Made by a program: the position numbers and the translations under genes. This document shows positions 56,082 through 64,000 of a DNA stretch of 64,000 bases, in pieces. The notes under the pieces were generated by a model, which saw only the letters and a program-made list of their open reading frames with translations, had not been told where the DNA came from and did no database searches. Position 1 is the first letter of the stretch. Each line of letters begins with the position of its first letter. Source of the stretch: Desulfobacteraceae bacterium (GTDB taxonomy: Bacteria; Desulfobacterota; Desulfobacteria; Desulfobacterales; Desulfosalsimonadaceae); contig JAABTJ010000010.1 in the NCBI GenBank assembly GCA_011389935.1, positions 929-64,928 of the forward strand. The letters are read 5' to 3'.

Positions 56082-56480
56082 TTAAAAAAATTTTTTCTTG
56101 AAAATACGACCGATCCTGCTGCCGAAATTTTTCATTGAATCCAGTTCCGGCATCAATATTTCACAATTCAGGCGGACCATCGCGATCGGCGCGATATCAT
56201 CCATTATCACAAGGAAAAACCCGTTTTGCAGTTTTCTGAGATAAATCCGCCCCTGGTCAAACACAAAATCGGCCTCCGTGAGTTCCCCCAGCTCAGAGAC
56301 AAAGGGTCCCCATTGAAACGCCTCTATCGCCGATGCGTCTTTCTGGTATTGGTCCGAGAAACGTTTTGCGATCAAACCTCCCGCCGGGTCCAGCACCAAC
56401 GCGCCGTGAACCCCTTCTATGCCGACAAGATCCTTAAAGATATCTTTCATGGGAATTTCCGCAGCCTTTTTTTCATACAA
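56082..56480 (-). CDS. Roadblock/LC7-like small protein (MglC/MglB-like paralogue)
   Basis: 132 aa. LVGIEGVHGALVLDPAGGLIAK...GFFLVIMDDIAPIAMVRLN fits the Roadblock fold pattern. Confidence 0.65.
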   Translation of the reverse strand: MYEKKAAEIPMKDIFKDLVGIEGVHGALVLDPAGGLIAKRFSDQYQKDASAIEAFQWGPFVSELGELTEADFVFDQGRIYLRKLQNGFFLVIMDDIAPIAMVRLNCEILMPELDSMKNFGSRIGRIFKKKFF

Positions 56481-56630
56481 TCGTGACTTGTTGTGTCAAC
56501 CCAGCCCAAAAAACAGAAACGATGCAAAGCGCCTCTAAGGAGGCATGAGTCGCGGTTTCTTCGACCGTGCCTTGCAGGCGCAATACGCTTTTTCAGCGGA
56601 AAGCCGAAACAGACGGTCTGCACCGACGAT

Positions 56631-57752
56631 TCAGGCAAATGCAGCGATCAATCCTTCCCGGGAAAGGTTCTTGTCAAGCATGACAACCACATTTTCCGCG
56701 TCCGGAACAACCAGGACCTGCTTGTCATTCCGGTTCATGTATATCACATTTAAGACGCCGATTTCAAATAATTGCCCAATGCTTTCCGCCTGGTATATCA
56801 ATTCCGCCGATTTCGGATCGCTGTAGGCATCCAAGATGCCGTTGTCGGTGCCCATGGCGGCGACAATCTTCTTCTCCGCAGATTGAACCGGCGACAATTT
56901 TTCATCCGGGGAAACGGCCTGCCGGGCCGGGGTTCCGGTTTCCTGATTCGCGGCGTTTGTATTCTCCCTGCCGACCACGTTTGCCGCACCCGGGTGCAGC
57001 GGCGGTTCCGACCCGGCCTTCGAACCTGTTTCCGAAAAAACATCCTCGCCTGTTTCTTCATCAGCGCCTTCATCCCTGGAACGCATGGCATCTAGAAGAA
57101 TCGCCTGCAGCTCTCCGTCAATGAGCTTTTCTGAAACCGCGCAGCTGTTTTCGATGGACAAAGAGACACCGGCCCACGACAGTATTTCGTAGGCCGCATC
57201 AATCCCTTTCAGATTTCCAATGCGGGCGTCCATCAACTGCCCGTTCCGGAAAAACAAAATGCCGCTTCTGTTCCCGGATTCACGTCGTATCCGAAGGGTG
57301 CAGGTCTGCTCTTCCATTTCAACGAGCTGCAGGTAGGTCTCGAGCGATACCTTGTTAAGGCTCCCCCCCTCCTCCTTTTTTTTCAGGATCTTCATGATAC
57401 GGCGAAACAGCCCCATGCCGTCCACCGGCTTGGTCAGGTAATCCACTGCGCCGCTTTTCATGACCACGTCTTTGGTTTTCGGCTTGTCAAAAGCGGTCAT
57501 GGCGATCACCGGAATATCCGGGTAGTGCTTTGTGACAAGGCCCATCAGCTCAAATCCGTCAAGGCCCGGCATGCGGAGGTCGGTAAGAATGACGGAAACA
57601 TCCGTCCCGGAAAGGATTGCCAGGGCCGATTGTCCATCTGCCGCGGTTGCCACGGAAAAAAAATCGGCATACTCTTCGAGTTCTTTTTCCAGCAAGCGGA
57701 GCAGGGTCTGGTCATCATCGATAATCAATACTTTCGGAATCATATGCCACAT
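56631..57752 (-). CDS. Response regulator: REC + PATAN (DUF4388) + linker + Roadblock-like C-terminus
   Basis: 373 aa. REC domain with VLIIDDD and LTDLRMPGLDG. PATAN-like LETYLQLVEMEEQTCTLRI...GILFFRNGQLMDA. C-terminal VLNVIYMNRNDKQVLVVPDAENVVVMLD. Confidence 0.8.
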   Translation of the reverse strand: MWHMIPKVLIIDDDQTLLRLLEKELEEYADFFSVATAADGQSALAILSGTDVSVILTDLRMPGLDGFELMGLVTKHYPDIPVIAMTAFDKPKTKDVVMKSGAVDYLTKPVDGMGLFRRIMKILKKKEEGGSLNKVSLETYLQLVEMEEQTCTLRIRRESGNRSGILFFRNGQLMDARIGNLKGIDAAYEILSWAGVSLSIENSCAVSEKLIDGELQAILLDAMRSRDEGADEETGEDVFSETGSKAGSEPPLHPGAANVVGRENTNAANQETGTPARQAVSPDEKLSPVQSAEKKIVAAMGTDNGILDAYSDPKSAELIYQAESIGQLFEIGVLNVIYMNRNDKQVLVVPDAENVVVMLDKNLSREGLIAAFA

Positions 57753-57802
57753 CCTGTTGAATTGGCTTTGTTTTCAGGAAACGCAAATCGCCACGTAATA
57801 TA

Positions 57803-58888
57803 TTACAACCGAAGATCAAACGCAATTACCTCGTTGGCGAATTTGCTTCGCCAGGGGTGCAGCTCCTTTCGCAACTGGGGGGTCAAATCAAAACGGTCTG
57901 CAATTTCAGAGACGCATTCGGATATGGCCGCCACCAGTACCTGGGGGTCGGATTCACCGGTATAGGAGACGCTTCCGTTTGAATAGCGGAATTCCGCTGC
58001 AAAAGGATCCAGAAATTCGTATTTGTCCACTTTTTCGACAAATTTCTGGTTTAAAAGCGTTTCAAAATCATGACGGATCTTCCGGTTGCTCCGGACAACC
58101 TGTTCCATGGTGCCAAGCAGGTCTTGCAGCATCGCAAGGACCCTTGCCGTATCCGTTCCGGATTTCGAAGCCCCGGACGGCGCAGACGTTTTGCTTTTTT
58201 CCGTTTCCGCTTTTGCCTTTGTCTTTGATTGGGAAGGCCCGCTTTTTTTCTTGTCCCGAAACGCAACCGCCGGGGATGCACTGCCGTTGGCCTTTTCCTC
58301 CATAAAAATCCGGGAAACACTGAACTTTCCGCCATGTTCCCGTGCGTGCGTGATCAACTCGTCCCGAAACGAGGAGGACCGGTCAATGTTGCCCTGGTTC
58401 TTCGCCGACAGGCCGCCGATAATTTCGCCGTTGAAAAAAAACAACAGCCCCCCCTTGAAGTCACCGCGCAACCGGACGTCAATATAGCCGGTGAGCTTTT
58501 CCGCTTCCATTTTACGAATGAGCCCGTCGAGGTCTGTAAATTCTGTACTGAGGTTGCTGTGTATTACTTCTGAATTCGGGAGGTTGGCCCAGAAATAAAG
58601 GCGATCCGGACGGATCCAGTATACCGATACGGCAAAATTCTTGAGGGATGACAGCTTCACTGTCCGGTCAATCGCCGCTTTCCCCACGGTCATTTTTTTC
58701 TTTTCCTCGCAGCACCCGTTTACCACCTGGTATTCATCAAAAAAAAGCGCGCACTGCATTGTCGGCGCCTTGAAATATACGACGCCGGCGCCCAATTCCC
58801 CCTGGTAATGCTCGATGAGCTTCTGCATGTCCAGGTAGTAACTGTTCATATTCGTAATTGCCGGCTTTTCTTTCGGTATAATAATCAT
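57803..58888 (-). CDS. Hypothetical protein with two PATAN/DUF4388-like repeats, a Lys/Ser-rich linker and a conserved-looking C-domain
   Basis: 361 aa. LDGLIRKMEAEKLTGYIDVRLRGDFKGGLLFFFNGEIIGG is PATAN-like, and a weaker copy lies at the N-terminus. Confidence 0.65.
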   Translation of the reverse strand: MIIIPKEKPAITNMNSYYLDMQKLIEHYQGELGAGVVYFKAPTMQCALFFDEYQVVNGCCEEKKKMTVGKAAIDRTVKLSSLKNFAVSVYWIRPDRLYFWANLPNSEVIHSNLSTEFTDLDGLIRKMEAEKLTGYIDVRLRGDFKGGLLFFFNGEIIGGLSAKNQGNIDRSSSFRDELITHAREHGGKFSVSRIFMEEKANGSASPAVAFRDKKKSGPSQSKTKAKAETEKSKTSAPSGASKSGTDTARVLAMLQDLLGTMEQVVRSNRKIRHDFETLLNQKFVEKVDKYEFLDPFAAEFRYSNGSVSYTGESDPQVLVAAISECVSEIADRFDLTPQLRKELHPWRSKFANEVIAFDLRL

Positions 58889-59072
58889 TTCTCATTTCCC
58901 TCAAAAAACGGATGTGATGGCATTGGCAACCATTGCCTCTCTTATCGGTCTACCGATCGGTTTTACGAAAACGCTGCTCGCAAACGGACCCCTCAATGCA
59001 AAACAAGCAATGCGGCACCTTGTTGCCCGGCATTGCTTGTTTTGCATGCAGTTTCTACCCTTCAAAACCCGA

Positions 59073-60266
59073 TTACCGGCGGCGGCGCCTCAGTCGTTCA
59101 ATGGAAAAACGCAGGCTGTCCTGCATCCTGGAAATCGCATCCCCAAGACTTCCGATCTCGTCGTTGGAACGTATATCGATTTCCGCTTCCATGTCGCCAA
59201 CGCTGATCCGGTCCGCCACATCCGTGAGGTACTGGATTTTCCGGGTCAGCCGGTAACCGTAAATAATAATGCAAAGACCAATCAGAACAATGGCCGCAAG
59301 GAAAATACCCATATTGACATAAAGCGTCTGGGTGGCCAGAAACTCGGCACTGTTTCTGAGGTCTTCGGTTCTTTGTTCAAATTCCTCGATGTTCGAGGTA
59401 GCCATCAGCAAAAACGGCGCCCCCTCGAGCTGAATGGGCGCGATCGCCATGAACTTTTCCCGGACAACACCATCCGGATCCATCCAATAGTAGCGGCCCG
59501 TAATTTCGGTTTCACCCCCATCCGCCTGCTTGAGCAGTTCGAAGAATGGGTCGAAATGCGGACCGAGCGCCGCGCGGACGGCGTCTATGTCCTCGATGCC
59601 GATGACGTGCGGATTCGGATGCGCCCATATGGTCCAGTCCTGATCCGGTTCCGGATACTGCAGAATAAGCGTATACCCCGATTCCCCGATCGCCTGCACC
59701 GCGATCTGGCTGAACTCCGGGTCATATGCAAAATCGTCGCGGTCCAGGTCCGGGTTGGCTCTCAGGTAAAGTTCGGCCTGGAATGCTATGTCGCGCGCTT
59801 TCTCCAGAAGCATTTCCGCGCCCGCCTCGGTCAGCAGTTCGGTGCTTTCCCCGGTGATTTCGTCAACGAGCAGGTTGATCTGCCACTGGGAGAAAGCCCC
59901 GGATATGGCGATGAGGACAATCGGCACCAGAAAAAACAATAGAAACATTTTTCCCCGCAGACCGATCGCCCCCTGCCTGCGCCCCGAACCCGTAATTTTT
60001 CTCGAGGGCGTATCCATCGCAGGTTCTGCCGGTGCGGCATCTTCGGGGGGAGCAGCGCCCCCGGCTTGTTCCTGCTGCTGTTTTTCGATCATCTTGTCCC
60101 CGGGCCACATCTCCGAAGGGCTGGCGGTCGTATCAAGAAGGCTTGACAGTGTTGTCACATGGTTGCATTCACTGCACCGGACCTTGACGTTTTTGTCCTT
60201 GTACTTCTGGATTTTTTTGGGATCAATATGGTATATCTTCCCGCATTCCTCGCAAATCAAACTCAT
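59073..60266 (-). CDS. Membrane sensor: N-terminal MJ0042-type zinc ribbon, TM, periplasmic (Cache-like?) domain, TM, HAMP; no output domain
   Basis: 397 aa. CEECGKIYHI...VRCSECNHV. TM segments LFFLVPIVLIAISGAF and IFLAAIVLIGLCIIIYGY. HAMP sequence ...DEIGSLGDAISRMQDSL, then the protein ends. Confidence 0.8.
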   Translation of the reverse strand: MSLICEECGKIYHIDPKKIQKYKDKNVKVRCSECNHVTTLSSLLDTTASPSEMWPGDKMIEKQQQEQAGGAAPPEDAAPAEPAMDTPSRKITGSGRRQGAIGLRGKMFLLFFLVPIVLIAISGAFSQWQINLLVDEITGESTELLTEAGAEMLLEKARDIAFQAELYLRANPDLDRDDFAYDPEFSQIAVQAIGESGYTLILQYPEPDQDWTIWAHPNPHVIGIEDIDAVRAALGPHFDPFFELLKQADGGETEITGRYYWMDPDGVVREKFMAIAPIQLEGAPFLLMATSNIEEFEQRTEDLRNSAEFLATQTLYVNMGIFLAAIVLIGLCIIIYGYRLTRKIQYLTDVADRISVGDMEAEIDIRSNDEIGSLGDAISRMQDSLRFSIERLRRRRR

Positions 60267-60371
60267 CAGTAACTCCTCCTTGCTAAAAAAAGGTTGGCTT
60301 GCCCTGGAAAATACTGTCTTTTTCGCCTTGAACCGTTTGGATAAAGATCTACGCGATTCAGGCGCTTATCA

Positions 60372-60839
60372 TTAAACTTCCCGTAATTTCTTCACCATGG
60401 ATTGCTGGAATGCCACTTTTCGTTCTTCCCGCAAGATCTGCCGCGCCAGGACATCGACAAGCTCGGCAGCCCGATGCGCGGGAAAGCGGTCCTGCGTTTC
60501 GCCCATATCAGCGATTTCATCCTCGATCACCACATCCGCAATGGGGCCCATCGCTTTTGAAAGTTCAACGGACAGCTCATTGAAAAAATCGCGTCCAAGG
60601 GCCGGCATCGATTCAGCAGCCGCTTCACAAAGCCGCATCTGGTAGAGGCGACTCGCAATATCCCGCAATGTCTTCATGTTCATGTTCAGGGATTGTGCAA
60701 CCTGGCCGAGCGTTTTCTTGCCATCCAGTTCCATCAGAACATTGAGCATCTGGCTATCCAGTGAAACCTCCCCTACATCCGCCCTGACGGTCCGTTTCAG
60801 AATCAGCTTCGAAATGTCACCCGAAAATATATCCCCCAT
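60372..60839 (-). CDS. Hypothetical protein, possible winged-helix N-domain
   Basis: 155-aa ORF co-directional in the array. VLMELDGKKTLGQVAQSL resembles a wHTH recognition region. No family assigned. Confidence 0.55.
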   Translation of the reverse strand: MGDIFSGDISKLILKRTVRADVGEVSLDSQMLNVLMELDGKKTLGQVAQSLNMNMKTLRDIASRLYQMRLCEAAAESMPALGRDFFNELSVELSKAMGPIADVVIEDEIADMGETQDRFPAHRAAELVDVLARQILREERKVAFQQSMVKKLREV

Positions 60840-60969
60840 GAAAAAGCCTCCGTAATATTTTGGCCGTAAAAAAAAGGATTCCTGCCCACGCGATAGCCGC
60901 TGCCTGCTATGTATGCCTGTGAACGCCCGGTATCCAATCGCTTGGTTTTACCCGCTCCGGCAGTGCGTT

Positions 60970-61692
60970 TCATGAACCGGGCGATGCCAGGTCCCGCCTG
61001 ATTTTTTCAAACTCTTCCGCTATAACCTTTTTCAACTTCTCCACAATATATTCGGCGAGAGAATCGACTGCTTCCCGGCTCTCCAGGGAAACGGTCCCGG
61101 GCATTTGACCGCCAACGGCATCCGCCGGCCGGGCAGTCCGCTTGTGCTCCGTCAATTTCTGCTTCAATTCCTTGAAGGCTTTCACTTCAACGGCAAGCAG
61201 CTGCTTTTGCTGATTCATTGGCATGGAAGGCGTCCTGACGATTCTTTCAAGGACGTTGAATGACGAACTGACCAGTTTTATGGCATCGGGATGGGTATTG
61301 ACCTTCTTCGCCCGGATATACTTCCCGATCGACTCCTGCAGCTTCAGGCACGTGGACAGAACCGGATCCTGCCCGTATTTCTGCTTTAGAAGCGCCACCT
61401 CGTTTAAGAATGCGCGCATCGTGTCGTCGGTGATTTCCCACTCGATTTCCGCCACCAGCGCCCTGAGGTTGTCAATGGGCGATTCGTCCCGGCTGATGTC
61501 GGCCGTCCGCGCTTCCGGCGGAGATCCGGAGCCAAAAGCGCCCGCTACCTTTTCCTGCTGGCGTTTTCCCCCCGAAGCGGCGGCCTGCTCCTCCTCTTCG
61601 AATGCCCCGTCGTCGTCGTCTTCGGCAAACAATTCATCAAGCCGGCTGGATACCTCGGCACCAAGGCCTCCATCATCTTCGTTAGTAACCAA
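60970..61692 (-). CDS. Hypothetical protein with acidic disordered N-terminus and helical C-terminal domain
   Basis: 240 aa. TTG start with AGGAGG RBS 8 nt upstream, overlapping the mglA stop, which suggests translational coupling. No family assigned. Confidence 0.6.
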   Translation of the reverse strand: MVTNEDDGGLGAEVSSRLDELFAEDDDDGAFEEEEQAAASGGKRQQEKVAGAFGSGSPPEARTADISRDESPIDNLRALVAEIEWEITDDTMRAFLNEVALLKQKYGQDPVLSTCLKLQESIGKYIRAKKVNTHPDAIKLVSSSFNVLERIVRTPSMPMNQQKQLLAVEVKAFKELKQKLTEHKRTARPADAVGGQMPGTVSLESREAVDSLAEYIVEKLKKVIAEEFEKIRRDLASPGS

Positions 61693-61704
61693 TACTCTAT
61701 CCTC

Positions 61705-62310
61705 CTATTCCAGTTTTTTTCGAAGTGAACTCACCGTCAATGCGATGATCTTTTTCATTGTAGCGGTAACATTTTCACCGCTCACGGCACTTGCTGGAAA
61801 ATAAGGCGCTTTCAACTGGTGGTTCAAGTCTTTCTGCATGGTTTCGATCGGCAGAATGGGAATGCCCTCTTCGGAGAGATCACGCTTGTTGTATTGCATG
61901 ACAATGGGAACGTTTAAAATGTTTTTATTAAACGATTCCAGGTTTTCCTTTAAATTCTGAAGGGAGCGGATGTTCATCTCCCGGCGGAGGTCCATCGAGT
62001 CAGCGACGAAGACCACGCCGTCGACACCCCGCAATACGAGACGACGCGTGGCATTGTACTTGACCTGACCCGGTACGGTATAGAGCTGGATTTTTATGCT
62101 GTGCCCTTTTATCTCGCCCATGTCAAACGGCAGAAAGTCAAAAAAGAGGGTCCGGTCGCCATAGGTTTTGACCGTTACCATTTCACTCAATATTCTCTTT
62201 TTGAACTTTCGGTTAATATATTCAAGGTTGGTTGTTTTACCACCCCTTCCGGGACCGTAATAAACAATTTTTACTTGAACCTCCCGCTTTTTCGGATTAA
62301 TTAATGCCAA
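61705..62310 (-). CDS. mglA: Ras-like small GTPase MglA
   Basis: 201 aa. KIVYYGPGRGGKTTNL, DRTLFFDFLP, LYTVPGQV (the MglA-specific TVPGQ in place of DxxGQ), VFVADS and QYNKRDL. Near-collinear with Myxococcus xanthus MglA as I remember it. Confidence 0.93.
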   Translation of the reverse strand: MALINPKKREVQVKIVYYGPGRGGKTTNLEYINRKFKKRILSEMVTVKTYGDRTLFFDFLPFDMGEIKGHSIKIQLYTVPGQVKYNATRRLVLRGVDGVVFVADSMDLRREMNIRSLQNLKENLESFNKNILNVPIVMQYNKRDLSEEGIPILPIETMQKDLNHQLKAPYFPASAVSGENVTATMKKIIALTVSSLRKKLE

Positions 62311-62489
62311 ATCATCATCCTCCGAAACAATTAAGGTTAGCCCCGCTGCTGCAATTGCATAGACAGGTTAAACGGCACAACGCGTTGACGTGAAGTTCTT
62401 TCCCGGCGGCACCGCATGTCGCTTTTCCGCCCGCAAAAAGTTCATTTCCCAGTAAATACTTAAGAAATGCAGGATTTTTGACCGGCATA

Positions 62490-62882
62490 TCAAACCAGCA
62501 GCTGTATGCGCTTTACGGCCTCAGCCACTTTCAAACGGAGAAAACCGAGGGACACGTTTTTATTGAAAATCGTCAGGAGAAGCAAATCATCAACGACCTT
62601 GCTGAAATGAATGCTTTCTTCCTCCCCCTTGTGAAAGAGAAGGGAGAACTCCTGTTCCCCGATAATGTTGGCCATCGCACTGACAGCGCCGTAATTGCCC
62701 GCTGCAAGGGCTGCGAGGGAGAACACGTCGTGACTGGTATCACCGGAGTCGAGATTGACGATAACATTACCGGCCAGGTCCATAAGGATCACGCTTTGGA
62801 CGCCGAGCTCGATGAGCTCCTCTTCCAGCACATTTTCGATCGCCTCGATCTGCTCTTTCGTAAAGTCGATTGTAAAATCCAT
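62490..62882 (-). CDS. mglB: Roadblock/LC7 protein MglB (putative MglA GAP)
   Basis: 130 aa. GVQSVILMDLAGNVI...LAALAAGNYGA...LLLLTIF Roadblock pattern. Upstream of and co-directional with mglA. Confidence 0.82.
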   Translation of the reverse strand: MDFTIDFTKEQIEAIENVLEEELIELGVQSVILMDLAGNVIVNLDSGDTSHDVFSLAALAAGNYGAVSAMANIIGEQEFSLLFHKGEEESIHFSKVVDDLLLLTIFNKNVSLGFLRLKVAEAVKRIQLLV

Positions 62883-63440
62883 TCTTTATCACCCCTTTTT
62901 AAAATCGGATACCCTGGTAGAACCCATACCAAAATTGTCTTCCGGCCCGAAATACGAATTTTAGGGCAGGGTCTAGTGATATTTTCATAAAACGGCGCTC
63001 AGGCATACTGTTTCAATGCTGGAAAACGGACCGATACTTTTTTTACAGGAACTCACCGTACAATTAAATCATTTGAAGATTTTACGCAATAAAAAAAAGC
63101 ACTTAAAAAAGCGGGCAATATCAGTGTAAGGACTGGAAACGAAGGTGGCGGCATTTCCTCACAACCCGCGTCACGCCGAATGGAAGCGCTGTGCTTCGAT
63201 AAGAAAAGCCGGCATTTCGGCCGGGTCATGTACTCGGTTGTTCTACAAAAAGCCGATTCTGCCCGTTTATCCGCCGTTCTGAAAGCGTGTAAAGCATGAT
63301 TCGCTTTTTAAAGGGCGCTTATGCTTTCTTTTTATTTAAATTAAACCATAAAGTCAATACTTTCCTTGGCAGCGGGTCGTTTCAACGCCCCCATGGCTGC
63401 CGCCATGCGGAACCTTTGGGGGGCAACCGACCGGCGCGGT

Positions 63441-64000
63441 TCATTCGGGCTTTTCCGAGGCAGAAAAATATTGTTCAACCAGTTTTTCTGCCAGACCGAC
63501 ATACTCGGCGGTCTGCATCCCGGCAATTCGATTTTTCAGCGGCGCCGGCAGGCTTTCAAGGTTGTCTATGAAAGCAGTAAGATCTTCGCGGGAAATTTTC
63601 CTGCCGCGCGTCAATTCCTTTAATTTTTCATAGGGCCGACTCTCCCCGTGCAGCCGCATTGCCGTCTGTATCGGCTCGGCAAGTAGTTCAAGATTGTCGG
63701 CAAGGTCTTTTTGAATGATCGCCTCGTTGACCGCAAGCTTGTCCATGCCTTTTCGCGTACTTTTCAGCCCGATGACAAAGTAGCCGAACAGCGCGCCGAT
63801 GTTGCGCAATACGGTGCTGTCGCTTAAATCTCTCTGGAAACGGGAGATCAACAGCTTGACCGCCATGTGATCCATCATGGAAATGGCAAGGCCCATATTG
63901 CCTTCGCTGTTTTCAAAATCAATGGGGTTCACCTTATGCGGCATGGTCGAAGAACCCACTTCGCCGTCCTTGAGCTTTTGAGAGAAATACCCGTGCGATA
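63441..64000 (-). CDS. purB: Adenylosuccinate lyase, C-terminal part (gene continues beyond the window)
   Basis: GSSTMPHKVNPIDFEN is the fumarate-lyase signature. The frame stays open to the window edge. Confidence 0.9.
   Translation of the reverse strand, partial: SHGYFSQKLKDGEVGSSTMPHKVNPIDFENSEGNMGLAISMMDHMAVKLLISRFQRDLSDSTVLRNIGALFGYFVIGLKSTRKGMDKLAVNEAIIQKDLADNLELLAEPIQTAMRLHGESRPYEKLKELTRGRKISREDLTAFIDNLESLPAPLKNRIAGMQTAEYVGLAEKLVEQYFSASEKPE

Noticed and set aside
58914-59942. 342-aa plus-strand ORF
   Set aside because: Antisense to the Zn-ribbon/HAMP sensor, which has coherent TM/HAMP architecture and fits the co-directional array.
62883-63440. Possible ncRNA or riboswitch in the 558-nt gap between mglB and purB
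   Set aside because: It contains only weak 5-bp hairpins (for example around 63200-63225) and no motif I can match to a known riboswitch. The ORFs at 63296-63623 overlap the purB 3' end and lack an RBS.
51830-64000. Genomic island integrated at selC
   Set aside because: No integrase, no visible direct repeat of the tRNA 3' end, and no obvious compositional shift by eye. I kept it only as a question within the selC finding.
1-64000. CRISPR arrays, rRNA genes, prophage or conjugation genes
   Set aside because: I saw no regularly spaced direct repeats, no rRNA-like sequence, and no phage or conjugative gene signatures on either strand.

Overview
This looks like a chromosomal segment of a moderately GC-rich bacterium. 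The gene content (MglA/MglB, PATAN-domain proteins, tRNA-Sec) suggests Desulfobacterota or another deltaproteobacterium, but that is inference only. There are four blocks. (1) 1-24.5 kb, minus strand: a complete type VI secretion system (T6SS-i) in one co-directional array. Gene order is Zn-ribbon protein, helical protein, tssJ-K-L-M, tagF, tssA-B-C, hcp, tssE-F, [repeat insertion], tssG, clpV, vgrG. It ends in a cargo module made of a spike-like 218-aa protein, a DUF2169 adaptor, an unassignable 307-aa candidate effector and the start of a second DUF2169-like gene. (2) 24.9-51.7 kb: housekeeping genes. These are rpsF-rpsR-DUF2232-rplI-dnaB-hflX-suhB, glcD-like, dnaA with an AT-rich upstream region, NamZ-like, plsB, a MurU-AmgK fusion, dapB, an orphan family-5 solute-binding protein, alaS, recA, thpR, larC and an M20 peptidase. 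(3) tRNA-Sec (selC) at 51.73 kb. (4) 51.8-62.9 kb, minus strand: an 11-gene co-directional array. It starts with mglB-mglA and runs through two unassignable proteins, a Zn-ribbon/HAMP-only membrane sensor, a tandem PATAN-like protein, a REC-PATAN-Roadblock regulator, a third Roadblock protein, a TPR-extended GspE/PilB-type ATPase, a PilZ protein and a class III adenylate cyclase. This array is my best candidate for an uncharacterised system. A purB fragment closes the window. Two inverted copies of a ~115-180 nt element lie 40 kb apart. One sits inside the tssF-tssG junction, and the other is attached to an IS110-type transposase 5' stub. No CRISPR array, rRNA, integrase or prophage was seen. 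Most other long ORFs in the track are antisense shadow ORFs of the genes listed here.
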